64,000 nt of DNA from Polyangiales bacterium (GTDB taxonomy: Bacteria; Myxococcota_A; Polyangia; Polyangiales; JAFGIB01): positions 8,176 through 72,175 of the forward strand of contig DASVHQ010000289.1 of assembly GCA_036382515.1 (NCBI GenBank). The letters are read 5' to 3'. Positions 30,457 to 40,311 of this stretch are shown here, piece by piece. Numbering within the stretch: position 1 is the first letter of the stretch; the number at the start of each line of letters is the position of its first letter. Position numbers and translations under genes: made by a program. The notes under the pieces are model-generated. The model was not told the origin of the DNA. It made no database searches and worked only from the letters and a program-made list of their open reading frames with translations.

Positions 30457-30653
30457 CGGCAACACCCTCCTGTCGGGGGACGCTTGAGGCCGCGCATCAT
30501 GATCGAGACCCGCACCAGCGGAGACCCTATCCAGCCGCGCCGTGGAGGACTACAGTGTCCTACACCGTCGCAGACGCTACCACCGTCGCGCACCTCAACA
30601 AAAAAAGCAGCACGTTGAATCCGCGGTAGGTGGTTGCTAGTAGACTGCCGCCG

Positions 30654-31424
30654 ATGAGCCGCGTGGTCGCCATATCGAATCAGAAAGGCGGCGTGGGTAA
30701 GACCACGACCGCGGTGAACCTCGCGGCTAGCCTGGCGGTGGCCGAGCAGCGCGTGCTGTTGGTCGATGTCGATCCGCAGGGCAACGCTTCGAGCGGCGTG
30801 GGCGCGTCCGACCGTTCCATCGAACGCTCGCTCTATCCCGTGCTGTTTCGCGAGGCCACGATCCGCGACGTGGCGCGCCCCACGGAGCTGCCGTTTCTGC
30901 AGGTGGTGCCGGCGTGCCGCGATCTTGCCGGTGTCGAGATCGAGCTGGTGGATGCGCCGGACCGAGCGATGCGCTTGCGCGAAGCGCTCGAGCCGGTGCG
31001 CAACGACTACGACTTCATCTTCGTCGACTGCCCGCCCTCGCTCGGCGTGCTCACCATCAACGCGCTGGTCGCCGCCGACGTGGTGCTCGTGCCGATGCAG
31101 GCCGAGTACTACGCGCTCGAGGGCCTGTCGGATCTGGTCGGCACGATCGATCGCGTGCGCGGCACGCTGAACCCGGCGCTGCAGCTCGACGGTGTGCTGC
31201 TGACGATGTTCGACCCGCGCAACAACCTCTCCAACCAGGTCGCAGACGAGGTGCGCAAGCACTTCCACGTGTTCGAGACCGTGATTCCGCGCAACGTGCG
31301 TCTGGCCGAAGCTCCCTCCTACGGACGCCCCGCGATCCTGTACGATGCGGGCTCGCGCGGGTCACATGGCTATCTGAGCCTGGCGCGTGAGATCCTCGAT
31401 CAGCGCCCACTGGCGCGCGCTTGA
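30654..31424 (+). CDS. parA: chromosome partitioning ATPase ParA/Soj
   Basis: VVAISNQKGGVGKTTTAVNLAASLA...LLVDVDPQGNASSG. Confidence 0.95.
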   Translation: MSRVVAISNQKGGVGKTTTAVNLAASLAVAEQRVLLVDVDPQGNASSGVGASDRSIERSLYPVLFREATIRDVARPTELPFLQVVPACRDLAGVEIELVDAPDRAMRLREALEPVRNDYDFIFVDCPPSLGVLTINALVAADVVLVPMQAEYYALEGLSDLVGTIDRVRGTLNPALQLDGVLLTMFDPRNNLSNQVADEVRKHFHVFETVIPRNVRLAEAPSYGRPAILYDAGSRGSHGYLSLAREILDQRPLARA

Positions 31425-31426
31425 GT

Positions 31427-31485
31427 GAGAGATCGCGGAGCAGCCTTCGGCTCTCCGCTTGAATGAGATACCGCGGAGCAGCCTT
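31427..31485 (+). repeat. direct repeat in the parA-parB spacer (GAGAT..CGCGGAGCAGCCTT, two copies)
   Basis: The core CGCGGAGCAGCCTT occurs at 31434-31447 and 31472-31485. The second copy supplies GGAG and the TTG start of parB. GCGGAG...CTCCGC between the copies can pair. Confidence 0.7.
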
Positions 31486-32366
31486 TGAACGACGCGAACA
31501 AGCGACGCCTGGGACGTGGCCTCGATGCGCTCTTGCCGGCGAGCGCGTTACCGACTGCGGGCAACGCACCGATCGCGGCCGCTGCGGCTGACGGCTTTCG
31601 CGCCAAGATCGAAGACCTCCACCCCAACCGTGCTCAGCCGCGCACGCGCTTCGACGACGCGGCGCTCACCGAGCTCACTACCTCGATCAAAGAGATTGGC
31701 GTGCTCGAGCCGATCCTGGTGCGTAGGCGTGCTCAGGGTGGCTACGAGATCGTGGCGGGCGAGCGGCGCTGGCGTGCGGCGCAGCGCGCGGGCTTGCGCG
31801 AAGTGCCCGTGTACGTGCGCGAGCTGACGGAGAAGCGTGCGTTCGAGGCCGCGCTCGTCGAGAACATCCAGCGCGAGGATCTCAATCCGCTCGAGACGGC
31901 GCGTGCGTTCCAGCGCTTGCTGGAGGAAGACGGGCACTCGCACGAGACGATCGCTGCGCTGATTGGCAAGGATCGTTCGACCGTCGCCAATGCGTTGCGC
32001 CTGTTGAAGTTGCCCGAGTCGGTGATCGATCTGATCGAGACCAAGGAGCTGAGCGAGGGGCACGGTCGCGCGCTGCTCGGCGCCGGCGATGTGGCCACGA
32101 TGCAGAAGCTCGCTCGCGAGGCCATCGCGGGCGGTTGGAGCGTGCGCGAGACCGAACGGCGTGCGCGCAGCGTGGCCCAGCAGAAGCAGGCCGCAGCGCA
32201 GATCCAGCCCAAGTCGCCCAACACGCGCGACCTCGAGGAGCGGTTGACGCGCAGCGTCGGCACGCGTGTGACGGTGGCCGACCGCAAGGGCAAGGGCCAC
32301 CTGAACATCGCGTTCTCGAGCTACGACGAGCTCGATCGCTTGATCGAGATTTTCGAGAAACGCTGA
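31485..32366 (+). CDS. parB: chromosome partitioning protein ParB/Spo0J
   Basis: RGLDALL, IGVLEPILVRR, YEIVAGERRWRAAQRAG, HTH region. TTG start. Confidence 0.95.
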   Translation: MNDANKRRLGRGLDALLPASALPTAGNAPIAAAAADGFRAKIEDLHPNRAQPRTRFDDAALTELTTSIKEIGVLEPILVRRRAQGGYEIVAGERRWRAAQRAGLREVPVYVRELTEKRAFEAALVENIQREDLNPLETARAFQRLLEEDGHSHETIAALIGKDRSTVANALRLLKLPESVIDLIETKELSEGHGRALLGAGDVATMQKLAREAIAGGWSVRETERRARSVAQQKQAAAQIQPKSPNTRDLEERLTRSVGTRVTVADRKGKGHLNIAFSSYDELDRLIEIFEKR

Positions 32367-32418
32367 GCGCTGCCGCCGTGCGCGGCGGTGCGACGCACGC
32401 GAGCTTCAAGCGCAGGCG

Positions 32419-33282
32419 CTAGCGCTTGGCCGCTTCGCGCGCTTCGGCGGCGGCGAGCGTGTTGGACAGCAGCATCGCGATGGTCATCGGACCGACGCCA
32501 CCGGGCACCGGCGTGATCCAGCTCGCGCGCTCCTTGGCCGCGTCGAAGGCTACGTCGCCGTGCAGCTTGCCATCGGCGCCGCGGTTGATGCCCACGTCGA
32601 TCACGACGGCACCGGGTTTCACCCACTCACCGCGCACGAGTGCTTCCTTGCCGACGGCCGCGATCAGGATGTCGGCTTCGGCGCAGACCTTGTCGAGGTC
32701 TTTGGTGCGCGAGTGAGCGATGGTCACGGTGGCGTGACGTGCCAAGAGCAGCTGCGCGATCGGCTTGCCGACGAGCGTGCTGCGACCGACCACGACGGCG
32801 CGCTTGCCGAACGGGTCGTAGCCGACCTCATCGAGCAGGCGCATGCAGCCCATGGGCGTGCAAGGCACCAGGCCCGGCCGGCCTAGACACAAGAGACCTG
32901 CGTTCACGGGTGTGAGGCCATCGACGTCTTTGCCCGGATCGATGGTGCCGATCACGGCTTCGGCATCGATGTGCTTGGGCAGAGGCATCTGAACCAGGAT
33001 GCCGTCGACCGCGGGATCCGCGTTGAGTTGCGCCACGAGCGCGAGCAACTTGGCTTGCGAGGTGTCAGCGGGCAGCCGATGCACGGCGCCACGCATCCCG
33101 ACCTTCACGCTGTCGCGTTCCTTGTTGCGTACGTAGACCTGCGAGGCAGGGTCCTCGCCGACCAGCACCACGTCGAGCCCGGGTGCGCGTCCGTACTTTT
33201 GCGTGAACGCCGCGACGCGACCGGTGACTTCGGCCTGGACCTTCGCTGCGATCGCCTTGCCGTCGATGAGCTGTGCCGTCAT
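32419..33282 (-). CDS. folD: bifunctional methylene-THF dehydrogenase / methenyl-THF cyclohydrolase
   Basis: [15 protein letters not shown]..., [28 protein letters not shown] 33282 chosen over the upstream extension. Confidence 0.95.
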   Translation of the reverse strand: MTAQLIDGKAIAAKVQAEVTGRVAAFTQKYGRAPGLDVVLVGEDPASQVYVRNKERDSVKVGMRGAVHRLPADTSQAKLLALVAQLNADPAVDGILVQMPLPKHIDAEAVIGTIDPGKDVDGLTPVNAGLLCLGRPGLVPCTPMGCMRLLDEVGYDPFGKRAVVVGRSTLVGKPIAQLLLARHATVTIAHSRTKDLDKVCAEADILIAAVGKEALVRGEWVKPGAVVIDVGINRGADGKLHGDVAFDAAKERASWITPVPGGVGPMTIAMLLSNTLAAAEAREAAKR

Positions 33283-33340
33283 GGGGACCCTCGTTGTGGG
33301 CGCCATGACTATCAGCCCTGCGCGCGGCTGGGAAGTGTGC

Positions 33341-34276
33341 TCAGGGCGCAGCGCTGGGGTTGCGCGCCCGGCGCGCGAGCACGGGCCATGCGGCTGCAAC
33401 CGCGCCGAGGATCAGCACGCCGATCAGCTGCGAGGTGCTCAGCCCCAGGAGCGCACCGCGATCATCGGCGCGCAGGTACTCCACAAAGAAGCGCAGCACC
33501 GCGTAAAGCGCGAGGAAAAGCAGCAGCACCTGACCGTCGAAGCGTTTCCTGGGCAACGCGTAGGCGATGAGCCAGGCCGCGAGCGCGAGGCAACCGGCCG
33601 CTTCGTAGAGCTGTGTCGGGTGCACGGGCAGCGAGACGAGGTTCTTGCTCGTGATCAATCCAGCTTGGAACTGCGCGTAGCTGGCGGGCGAGCCTGCGGG
33701 GAAGGCGATCCCGAAATGACTGTGCGTCGGGAGCCCGAAGCAGCAGCCGCCGAGGAAACAACCGAGGCGCCCGAAGAAGATGCCCAGCGGCAGCACGGCG
33801 CCGACCATGTCGACGCCTTTGCCCACCGGGAAGCGCTCGCGCTTGAGGAACGCGATGCCGGCGACGGTGGCGACGAGCAGCCCGCCGTAGTAGGCGAGCC
33901 CGCCGTTCCAGAACTCCGCCCAGGCAAAGCAGTCGCGCTGCACGGCGTGGCACAGCTGGGTTGCGAGGTCCCAGCGACCGCTCAGCTCCTTGCATTCGGC
34001 GGCGCTGTCGACGGCGCGCCAGACCACGGCGTCGGGGTTGGTGCACAGGTGCACGTAGTCCCAGAAGTAGCCGTCGGCGATCACGTGCAAGAGCCGCCCG
34101 CCGAGCACGCCGGTGATCAGCGACAAGAGGCTGAGGTCGATGATGATCTCGTGATCGAGGCCGCTGCGCTTGGCCAGGCGTGCGGCGACGAAGGTCGCGG
34201 CCGCGAAGCCGAACATCAGCATCACGAAGTAAGCCGGCAGCGGCTCGCCGAACAGCTCGCCGAAGCTAGGCTTCAT
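33341..34276 (-). CDS. lgt: prolipoprotein diacylglyceryl transferase
   Basis: [36 protein letters not shown]. Confidence 0.92.
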   Translation of the reverse strand: MKPSFGELFGEPLPAYFVMLMFGFAAATFVAARLAKRSGLDHEIIIDLSLLSLITGVLGGRLLHVIADGYFWDYVHLCTNPDAVVWRAVDSAAECKELSGRWDLATQLCHAVQRDCFAWAEFWNGGLAYYGGLLVATVAGIAFLKRERFPVGKGVDMVGAVLPLGIFFGRLGCFLGGCCFGLPTHSHFGIAFPAGSPASYAQFQAGLITSKNLVSLPVHPTQLYEAAGCLALAAWLIAYALPRKRFDGQVLLLFLALYAVLRFFVEYLRADDRGALLGLSTSQLIGVLILGAVAAAWPVLARRARNPSAAP

Positions 34277-34303
34277 GCGTGCTCCAGCTCCAAGCGGGCT
34301 CGC

Positions 34304-34981
34304 TCACCGGCCCGGCGACTGCGCGGGCTTCTGGGCTTTGCGCGCTGCGTCGGCCTGGGTGGCAGCGGCTTTCTGCGGCGAGAGGAAGCCTTCGATCAGC
34401 AACAGGATCACGCCGACGGTGATGGTGGAGTCGGCCACATTGAAGGTGGGCCACGAGTGCTCCACCCCGTGGCGGATGAAGAAGGCGTGGATGAAGTCGA
34501 CCACGTAGCCGAGCCTGAAACGATCCACGAGGTTGCCGATGGCACCCGAGGCGATGAGCGGCACGCTGATGGCGAACAGGCGCCCGCCGTAGCCGGTCAC
34601 GAAGAGCCACAAGAGGCCGATGGTGGCGGCAATCGCGGCCGGTGCGAAGAGCGCGGTGCGAACCCACGCCGGGCTGCCCACCAGCATGCTAAATGCGGCC
34701 CCGCAGTTCTCGGCGTAGGCGAGCTCGAGGTAGTCAGGCACGAGGACGAGCGGGGCCAGCGGCCTGCGCTGCGGCTCGATGCGCTCGTAGGGGGTGCCGA
34801 CCGCCACGGGTACGCAGAGCTTGCCACGGGGTGGCTGAGCGCGGGAGAGGCTGGTCTGGGCCCAGTGCTTGGAGCCGAGGTCGGCCCAGGTGCAGACCGC
34901 CAACGCGACCAGGCACACGGAGATGGAGAGCGGCGACCGACGAGGGCGCACGGCGGCGGAGGTTTGGGGGGCGGCTGACAT
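34304..34981 (-). CDS. lspA: lipoprotein signal peptidase II (copy 2)
   Basis: ENCGAAFS, GNLVDR, VVDF, FNVAD. ATG 34981. Confidence 0.9.
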   Translation of the reverse strand: MSAAPQTSAAVRPRRSPLSISVCLVALAVCTWADLGSKHWAQTSLSRAQPPRGKLCVPVAVGTPYERIEPQRRPLAPLVLVPDYLELAYAENCGAAFSMLVGSPAWVRTALFAPAAIAATIGLLWLFVTGYGGRLFAISVPLIASGAIGNLVDRFRLGYVVDFIHAFFIRHGVEHSWPTFNVADSTITVGVILLLIEGFLSPQKAAATQADAARKAQKPAQSPGR

Positions 34982-35057
34982 GAGGTGGCTCCCGAGCAGA
35001 CAGGAAGTAGCCGATGTACGAGGGGAGCGCAAAGTGGAAATGCCCCGCGCCCGAGTA

Positions 35058-35579
35058 TCAGGCGTGTGGCGGGTTGGTCCGGGGCGCGGCCTGCCCTGCT
35101 CCGCCGCTTGCGGCTCGCAGGTACCACAGCAGCGAGACGAGGCCAGCGGCGATCAGCACATCGGCGAAGTTGAAGGTCGCCCAGTGGAAGATGTCGCCGA
35201 GGTGCAGATGCACGAAGTCCGTGACTTCACCCGTGCGCACGCGGTCGATGAGGTTGCCGGCCGCGCCCGCGCACAGGAGCGTGAGCGCCCAGCGCAGCGT
35301 GCGCTCCGCCTCGGAGCTTCGGCGCAACAGCCGCAGCATGAGCGCGATGATTACGAGGCTGCCGACCACGAACGCGTTGCGACGTAGCGCTTCGGGCAGG
35401 TGGCTGCCCAGACCGAAGAACGCGCCGCGATTGTGCAAGAGGCGCAGCTCGCAGCAGCACTGCACGAGCTGGATGATTCCGCGCCGCGGCAGCTCGGCTC
35501 GCGCCCAGGCCTTGCCGAGCTGATCGAGGATCACGGCCGCGCCGGCAAACAGCGCGAGCCGTGCCAGCGACTTGTTCAC
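35058..35579 (-). CDS. lspA: lipoprotein signal peptidase II (copy 1, coupled to ileS)
   Basis: HNRGAFFG, GNLIDR, VTDF, FNFAD. GTG 35579 is in a GTGA overlap with the ileS stop. Confidence 0.88.
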   Translation of the reverse strand: MNKSLARLALFAGAAVILDQLGKAWARAELPRRGIIQLVQCCCELRLLHNRGAFFGLGSHLPEALRRNAFVVGSLVIIALMLRLLRRSSEAERTLRWALTLLCAGAAGNLIDRVRTGEVTDFVHLHLGDIFHWATFNFADVLIAAGLVSLLWYLRAASGGAGQAAPRTNPPHA

Positions 35580-38482
35580 GGCGGCGAGCCGAGCGCCGTG
35601 ATCACCTGGGCACAGCGCTCGCACAGCTCCGGGTGGGCGGCGTGCGTGCCGACGTCGTCGCGGTGCCGCCAACAGCGGCTGCATTGGGGCGAGCTGGTCT
35701 TGCGCAGCTCCACCGCCACGCTCGGGCCCGAGCGCAACTCGACCGAGGCGATGGCGAACACCTCGGCGAGATCAGTCGCGAGCGTGGCGAGCTGTGCGCG
35801 CGTGGCCTCCGGCAGCGTGAGCACGGCGGCGACCTCGCGGCGATGGCCGATCTCCTTGGCTTTCACCTTGGGCTCGAGCGCGGCGTTGAGCGCGTCGCGC
35901 ACCGAGAAGAGTTGCTCGCCGGCGTCGAGCAGCTGGCGGTCGGCTTCCGTGAGCGGGCTGGCTTGCAGCTTGGCATCCAGGAACACCGAGCCATCCTGCT
36001 CGCCTGGCAGACAGCGGTAGGCTTCGTCGGCGGTGAACGACACGATCGGCGCCAGCGCCGCAATCGTGCCGCGCGCGATGGCATCGAGCGTGGCCTGACA
36101 CGAGCGCCGTCGCGCTGCGTTCTCGCCATCGCAGTACAACCGGTCCTTCACCACGTCGAGGTAGAACTGCGACCACGGCCCGACGCACAGCTCGACGGTG
36201 CGGTGGTAGACGGTGCGGAAGTCGTAGCGCTCGTAGGCGGTCACGACCTCGTACAGGTACTGGCGCATGCGGGCTTGCGCCCAGGCGTCGAGTGGCTCGA
36301 TCGCCGGCGTTGCGGCCTGGCGATCGAAGTCGTGGAGGTTGCCGAGCAGGAAGCGCAGCGTGTTGCGGATCTTGAAGTACGCGTCGGACACCTGCTTGAG
36401 GTGCTCGTTCGAGAAGCGCACGTCGCCGCGGAAGTCCTCGTACGCAACCCACAGCCGCAGGAGCTCCGCGCCCTGTTGCTTGATGAGCTTCTCGGGCTCG
36501 ATGTACTCGACCTTTTCGCCGGCTTCCTGGCGCCTGCGCAGCTCGCTCTTGGAGTACGGCCGGCCCTGGTCGTCGCAGACGAAACCATGCGTGAGCACAC
36601 GCTTGTACGGTGCACGCCCGAGCACGGCGGCGCCCACGAGCAGCGACGAGTGAAACCAGCCGCGGTGTTGATCGGAGCCTTCGAGGTAGAGATCCACGGG
36701 CACGCCGAAGCCCGCCTCGGTACTGCGCATGGTCGACCAGAACGAGGCGCCCGACTCGAACCACACGTCGAGGATGCTGGTGTCTTTGGAGAACTCGCTG
36801 CCGCCGCACTGCGCGCAGCGGTAGTTGGCGGGCACGAGCGCGCTCGCCTCCTTCGTGAACCAGGCGTCGGCGCCTTCTGCGCCGATGACGCGGCTGACGT
36901 GGGCCACCAGTATTTCGTCGAGCGAGACATGCGCGCACTGCTTGCAGTGCAGCGCCGGGATGGGCACACCCCAGGCGCGCTGTCGCGAGATGCACCAGTC
37001 GGGACGATCGGCGAGCATGCCGTGGATGCGGTCGCGACCCCACTCCGGGATGAAGCCGCTCGGTGTCTTGCCCTCTTGATCTGGCAGATCACGGCCGCCT
37101 GCGATGGCTTCGATCTCGTCGAGCGCGACCTGGCGCAGTGTCTTCAGGTCGTCGCGGCCCTGCATCGGCGTGTCGAGCGCGATGAACCACTGCGTGGTGG
37201 CACGGAACACGATGGGGTTCTTGCAGCGCCAGCATGCGGGGTAGCTGTGCTGGAGCACATCGCCTTCGCGGTTGGCGAGCACGCCCTGCTCTGCCAGGAA
37301 ATGCACGATGCGTGGGTTCGCCTCGAGCACGTGCAGGCCGCGCCACTCTTCGCGCACTTCGTTCGTGAAGCGTGCGGCTTCGTCGACGGGCGCGAAGGTG
37401 TCCAGGCCGTGCGTTTGGCCGAGCGAGTAGTCGTCGGCGCCGTGGCCGGGCGCGGTGTGAACCAGGCCGGTGCCGGTGTCGAGTGTGACGTAGTCTGCTG
37501 GCAGGAGCGGCGATGCCCGGTCCTCGAACGGATGCTGCGCGATGAGGCCCACGAGCTCGCTGCCCGGGACCATACGCCCGATGATCGACAGCTCGCTGTG
37601 CGTGGCCTTGGCGACCGTCTCGATCAACGCGCGCGCCACGATCCACAGCTCGCCGCCCACCTGCACGGCCGCGTATTCGTGGTTGGGATGCACAGCGATC
37701 GCGAGGTTCGCGGGCAGCGTCCAGGGCGTGGTCGTCCAGATCAGCGCGTACGCCTCGAGCTTGCTCTCGGCACCGCTCAAGCCGAAGCGCTGCGCGAGCG
37801 TGGCGTGCGCTTCCCCGACCACCGGGAACTTCACATAGATGCTCGGGGACGCGTGGTCGATGTACTCGACCTCGGCCTCGGCGAGCGCGGTCTTGCAGCG
37901 GCCGCACCAGTGCACCGGCTTCTTGCCGCGGTACACGAGGCCATGGCGCACGAACGCGCCCAGCGCCTCCACGATGCCCTGCTCGAAGCTCGGCGTGAGC
38001 GTGAGGTACGGCTCGGCCCAGGTGCCGAACACGCCCAGGCGCTTGAACTCCTCGCGCTGTACGTCGACCCACTTCTCGGCTTCTTTGCGGCAGGCCGAAC
38101 GCACGATGTTCTGACTCAGCTCGGCCTTCTTGCCCGCCAGCGCACGCTCCACGCCAAGCTCGATCGGCAAGCCGTGGCAATCCCAGCCGGGCACGAACTT
38201 CGTGTAGCGCCCGGCGAGCGTCTGGTACTTGACGACGATGTCTTTGAGGATCTTGTTGAGGATGTGCCCGTAGTGAATGTGCCCGTTCGCGTACGGCGGG
38301 CCATCGTGAAACACGTAGCGCGGGCCGCCAGCGCGGGCTTCCAGCGCACGCTCGTAGATGCGCTCACGTTGCCAGCGTGCCAGCGTCTCCGGTTCGCGCT
38401 GCGCCAGGTTGGCGCGCATCGGGAAGTCCGTCTGCGGCAACCTGATCGTGTCTTTGTATTGCGCGCGCTCGCGTTCGGCCAC
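35576..38482 (-). CDS. ileS: isoleucyl-tRNA synthetase
   Basis: YKDTIRLPQTDFPMRANL, HIGH region PPYANGHIHYGH, C-terminal zinc motif CSRCW...CERC. GTG 38482 preceded by GAGG. Confidence 0.96.
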   Translation of the reverse strand: MAERERAQYKDTIRLPQTDFPMRANLAQREPETLARWQRERIYERALEARAGGPRYVFHDGPPYANGHIHYGHILNKILKDIVVKYQTLAGRYTKFVPGWDCHGLPIELGVERALAGKKAELSQNIVRSACRKEAEKWVDVQREEFKRLGVFGTWAEPYLTLTPSFEQGIVEALGAFVRHGLVYRGKKPVHWCGRCKTALAEAEVEYIDHASPSIYVKFPVVGEAHATLAQRFGLSGAESKLEAYALIWTTTPWTLPANLAIAVHPNHEYAAVQVGGELWIVARALIETVAKATHSELSIIGRMVPGSELVGLIAQHPFEDRASPLLPADYVTLDTGTGLVHTAPGHGADDYSLGQTHGLDTFAPVDEAARFTNEVREEWRGLHVLEANPRIVHFLAEQGVLANREGDVLQHSYPACWRCKNPIVFRATTQWFIALDTPMQGRDDLKTLRQVALDEIEAIAGGRDLPDQEGKTPSGFIPEWGRDRIHGMLADRPDWCISRQRAWGVPIPALHCKQCAHVSLDEILVAHVSRVIGAEGADAWFTKEASALVPANYRCAQCGGSEFSKDTSILDVWFESGASFWSTMRSTEAGFGVPVDLYLEGSDQHRGWFHSSLLVGAAVLGRAPYKRVLTHGFVCDDQGRPYSKSELRRRQEAGEKVEYIEPEKLIKQQGAELLRLWVAYEDFRGDVRFSNEHLKQVSDAYFKIRNTLRFLLGNLHDFDRQAATPAIEPLDAWAQARMRQYLYEVVTAYERYDFRTVYHRTVELCVGPWSQFYLDVVKDRLYCDGENAARRRSCQATLDAIARGTIAALAPIVSFTADEAYRCLPGEQDGSVFLDAKLQASPLTEADRQLLDAGEQLFSVRDALNAALEPKVKAKEIGHRREVAAVLTLPEATRAQLATLATDLAEVFAIASVELRSGPSVAVELRKTSSPQCSRCWRHRDDVGTHAAHPELCERCAQVITALGSPP

Positions 38483-38528
38483 GTTTCTCACCTCGCGTAT
38501 TCGGCGATTTCCGCTTGGAATTCGCCGG

Positions 38529-38556
38529 TTTCTACCATGCGACCCCGCGATGTCAA
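38529..38556 (-). promoter_or_regulatory. candidate sigma70-type promoter for ileS
   Basis: Minus strand reads TTGACA (38556..38551), a 16-nt spacer, then TAGAAA (38534..38529). It lies about 45 nt upstream of the ileS start. Confidence 0.3.
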
Positions 38557-39753
38557 AGCGGTTCGGCTGCGCCGTAGCCGCCACCGCCCGGGGTCTCGAT
38601 GCGGATGCGCTCGCCCGCCCGCACGTTCACGCTGGCGCATGCGCCGAGCTCGCGGCCCTGATGCAGGTTCTTGCCGGGAGCACCGGCGCTGCCGCCCGCG
38701 AGGCCGAACGGGGAGCGCGTGCGTCGGCTCGAGAGGATCGAGACCTCGAGCGGGGCGAGCGCTTCGAGCTCGCGCACCACTCCGTCGCCGCCGTGGAAGC
38801 GGCCCGCGCCCCCCGAGCCACGGCGCAGCCCAAAGCTCCACAGTCGCACGGGATAGCGGCTCTCGAGCACCTCGGCGTCAGTGATGCGCGTGTTCGTCAT
38901 GTGCGTGTGAACACCCGAGGCGCCGGGTAGCGCTGTTCGAGCAGCACCGAGCGGATCGTGGCTTCGTCCAGCACGCCATCGCGCACGATGCGCAGCGCAC
39001 GAAACACGGCGCCCTCTTCTTTCAGACAGGTCAAAAACGGCGGCATCGAGCCGGGCGTGACACTGCCGATGTCCGCGTGATGTCCGCGGCTGGCACTCCA
39101 GAACGTGGGCGTGCTCCCGCGCGTCGTGGCCACGCGCCACGCTGACCTTGCGGATGGCCTCCGCCATGTGCTCGACGGCGATCTCGAAAAAGCCTGCCGC
39201 GACGCCGTACGGACCGCGTGCGTCGCCCTACTCGGTCAAGCGCTGCACGATGGCGCTGACCGCCTGCCATGCGCGTTCACGCTGCAGCGCGAACGGAAGA
39301 CGTTCGTCGGGCAAGCGTCCGAGCACGACGTTCACATCCGTCAGCGTGAGTTCATGGGCCTCTGCGCGGCCGTAGCACAGCGGGCCCGGCACGGCGCCTG
39401 CGCTCTCGCACGATCCGCAGCGCAAACAGATCCGGGCGCGTCTGGTCGCCAATCTCGAGCAGATCGGCGAAGCCTCGCGTGGTGACGAGCGCGGTGCGCG
39501 CGCCACGACCCTCGAGCAGCGCGTTGGTCGCGAGCGTGGTCCCCATGCGCAGCTCGCAGGGCGGGATCGGCACGCCCTCTGCCAGCCCGAGCAGCTCGCG
39601 CACACCGTCGATCGGTGCGCGGTCTGACGACAGCAGCTTCGCCACGCGCACGCTGCCATCTCGTGGGTCGACGCCGATGCAGTCGGTGAACGTACCGCCG
39701 CGATCGATGAACACCCGGTACTGCCCGCCGCTGCTCGGCCCGTGGCTCATCAT
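38553..39753 (-). pseudogene. decayed 5-oxoprolinase / hydantoinase A+B gene relic
   Basis: Hydantoinase/oxoprolinase pieces lie in different frames: [14 protein letters not shown]...[43 protein letters not shown] (39352-39753); [30 protein letters not shown]; [20 protein letters not shown]; [20 protein letters not shown]; [18 protein letters not shown]...[17 protein letters not shown]...ETPGGGGYG (38553-38900). About 1.2 kb remain where an intact gene needs several-fold more. Confidence 0.8.
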
Positions 39754-39771
39754 GGTCGCCGCGTCACCGCG

Positions 39772-40296
39772 TCACTCGCCCGAGGCGCGTGCGCGCCGAC
39801 GTTCGCGCTGGACGATGGGCGCCATCTCTTTTTGTGCGCTCGCGGGCTCGAGGAGGATCACTTCGTCCTGATTGCTGTGCAGCGCGCCTGCGGCGACGAA
39901 GCTCTCCATGGCCGCCACCGGAGCGCTGCGTTCGGTGCTGCGACCGGGCAGGACGATCGCCGTGGTGCGCACCTTGGCGCGCGAAACCACGTCGAACATG
40001 CGCACCGTCGCCGGCAAGAGCGAGTCCGGTCCGAACTCGGCTTGAGGGCCGAGGCCGAAGAGAAAGAGCTTGTCGATGCTGAAGCCGGGTCGCAGCGGCA
40101 CGAGCACGGTCTCGCCAAGCTCCCCGCCCACGAAGCCGCGCACGATCATCTTCGAGACGAAGCCCGACAGCCGCCAGTCGATGAGACCGAGCGCGCCGCA
40201 CAGCGGCCGCTCGTCGCTGAAGAACGGCGCGAGGATCGCCTCGCACTTGAGCGCATCGAGGTGCTTCCACTCGGGCGAAAGGAACCGGACGTCCAT
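39772..40296 (-). CDS. conserved hypothetical protein (weak resemblance to the M17 aminopeptidase N-terminal, macro-like domain)
   Basis: ORF 39772..40296, 174 aa. Coding-like composition, but no catalytic motif recognised. Confidence 0.55.
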   Translation of the reverse strand: MDVRFLSPEWKHLDALKCEAILAPFFSDERPLCGALGLIDWRLSGFVSKMIVRGFVGGELGETVLVPLRPGFSIDKLFLFGLGPQAEFGPDSLLPATVRMFDVVSRAKVRTTAIVLPGRSTERSAPVAAMESFVAAGALHSNQDEVILLEPASAQKEMAPIVQRERRRARASGE

Positions 40297-40311
40297 GGCG
40301 CGGCCCCCCGT

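Noticed and set aside
30457-32366. parS site near parAB
   Set aside because: I looked for TGTTNCACGTGAAACA-like palindromes. The only CACGTG nearby (about 31265, TTCCACGTGTTCGA, inside parA) is not palindromic beyond the core.
33203-34978. 591-aa plus-strand ORF
   Set aside because: It is antisense to lgt and lspA, both of which have diagnostic motifs. No motifs on this strand.
35561-38884. 1107-aa plus-strand ORF
   Set aside because: It is antisense to ileS (clear HIGH region and zinc motif on the minus strand). It is an Arg/Ala-rich shadow ORF.
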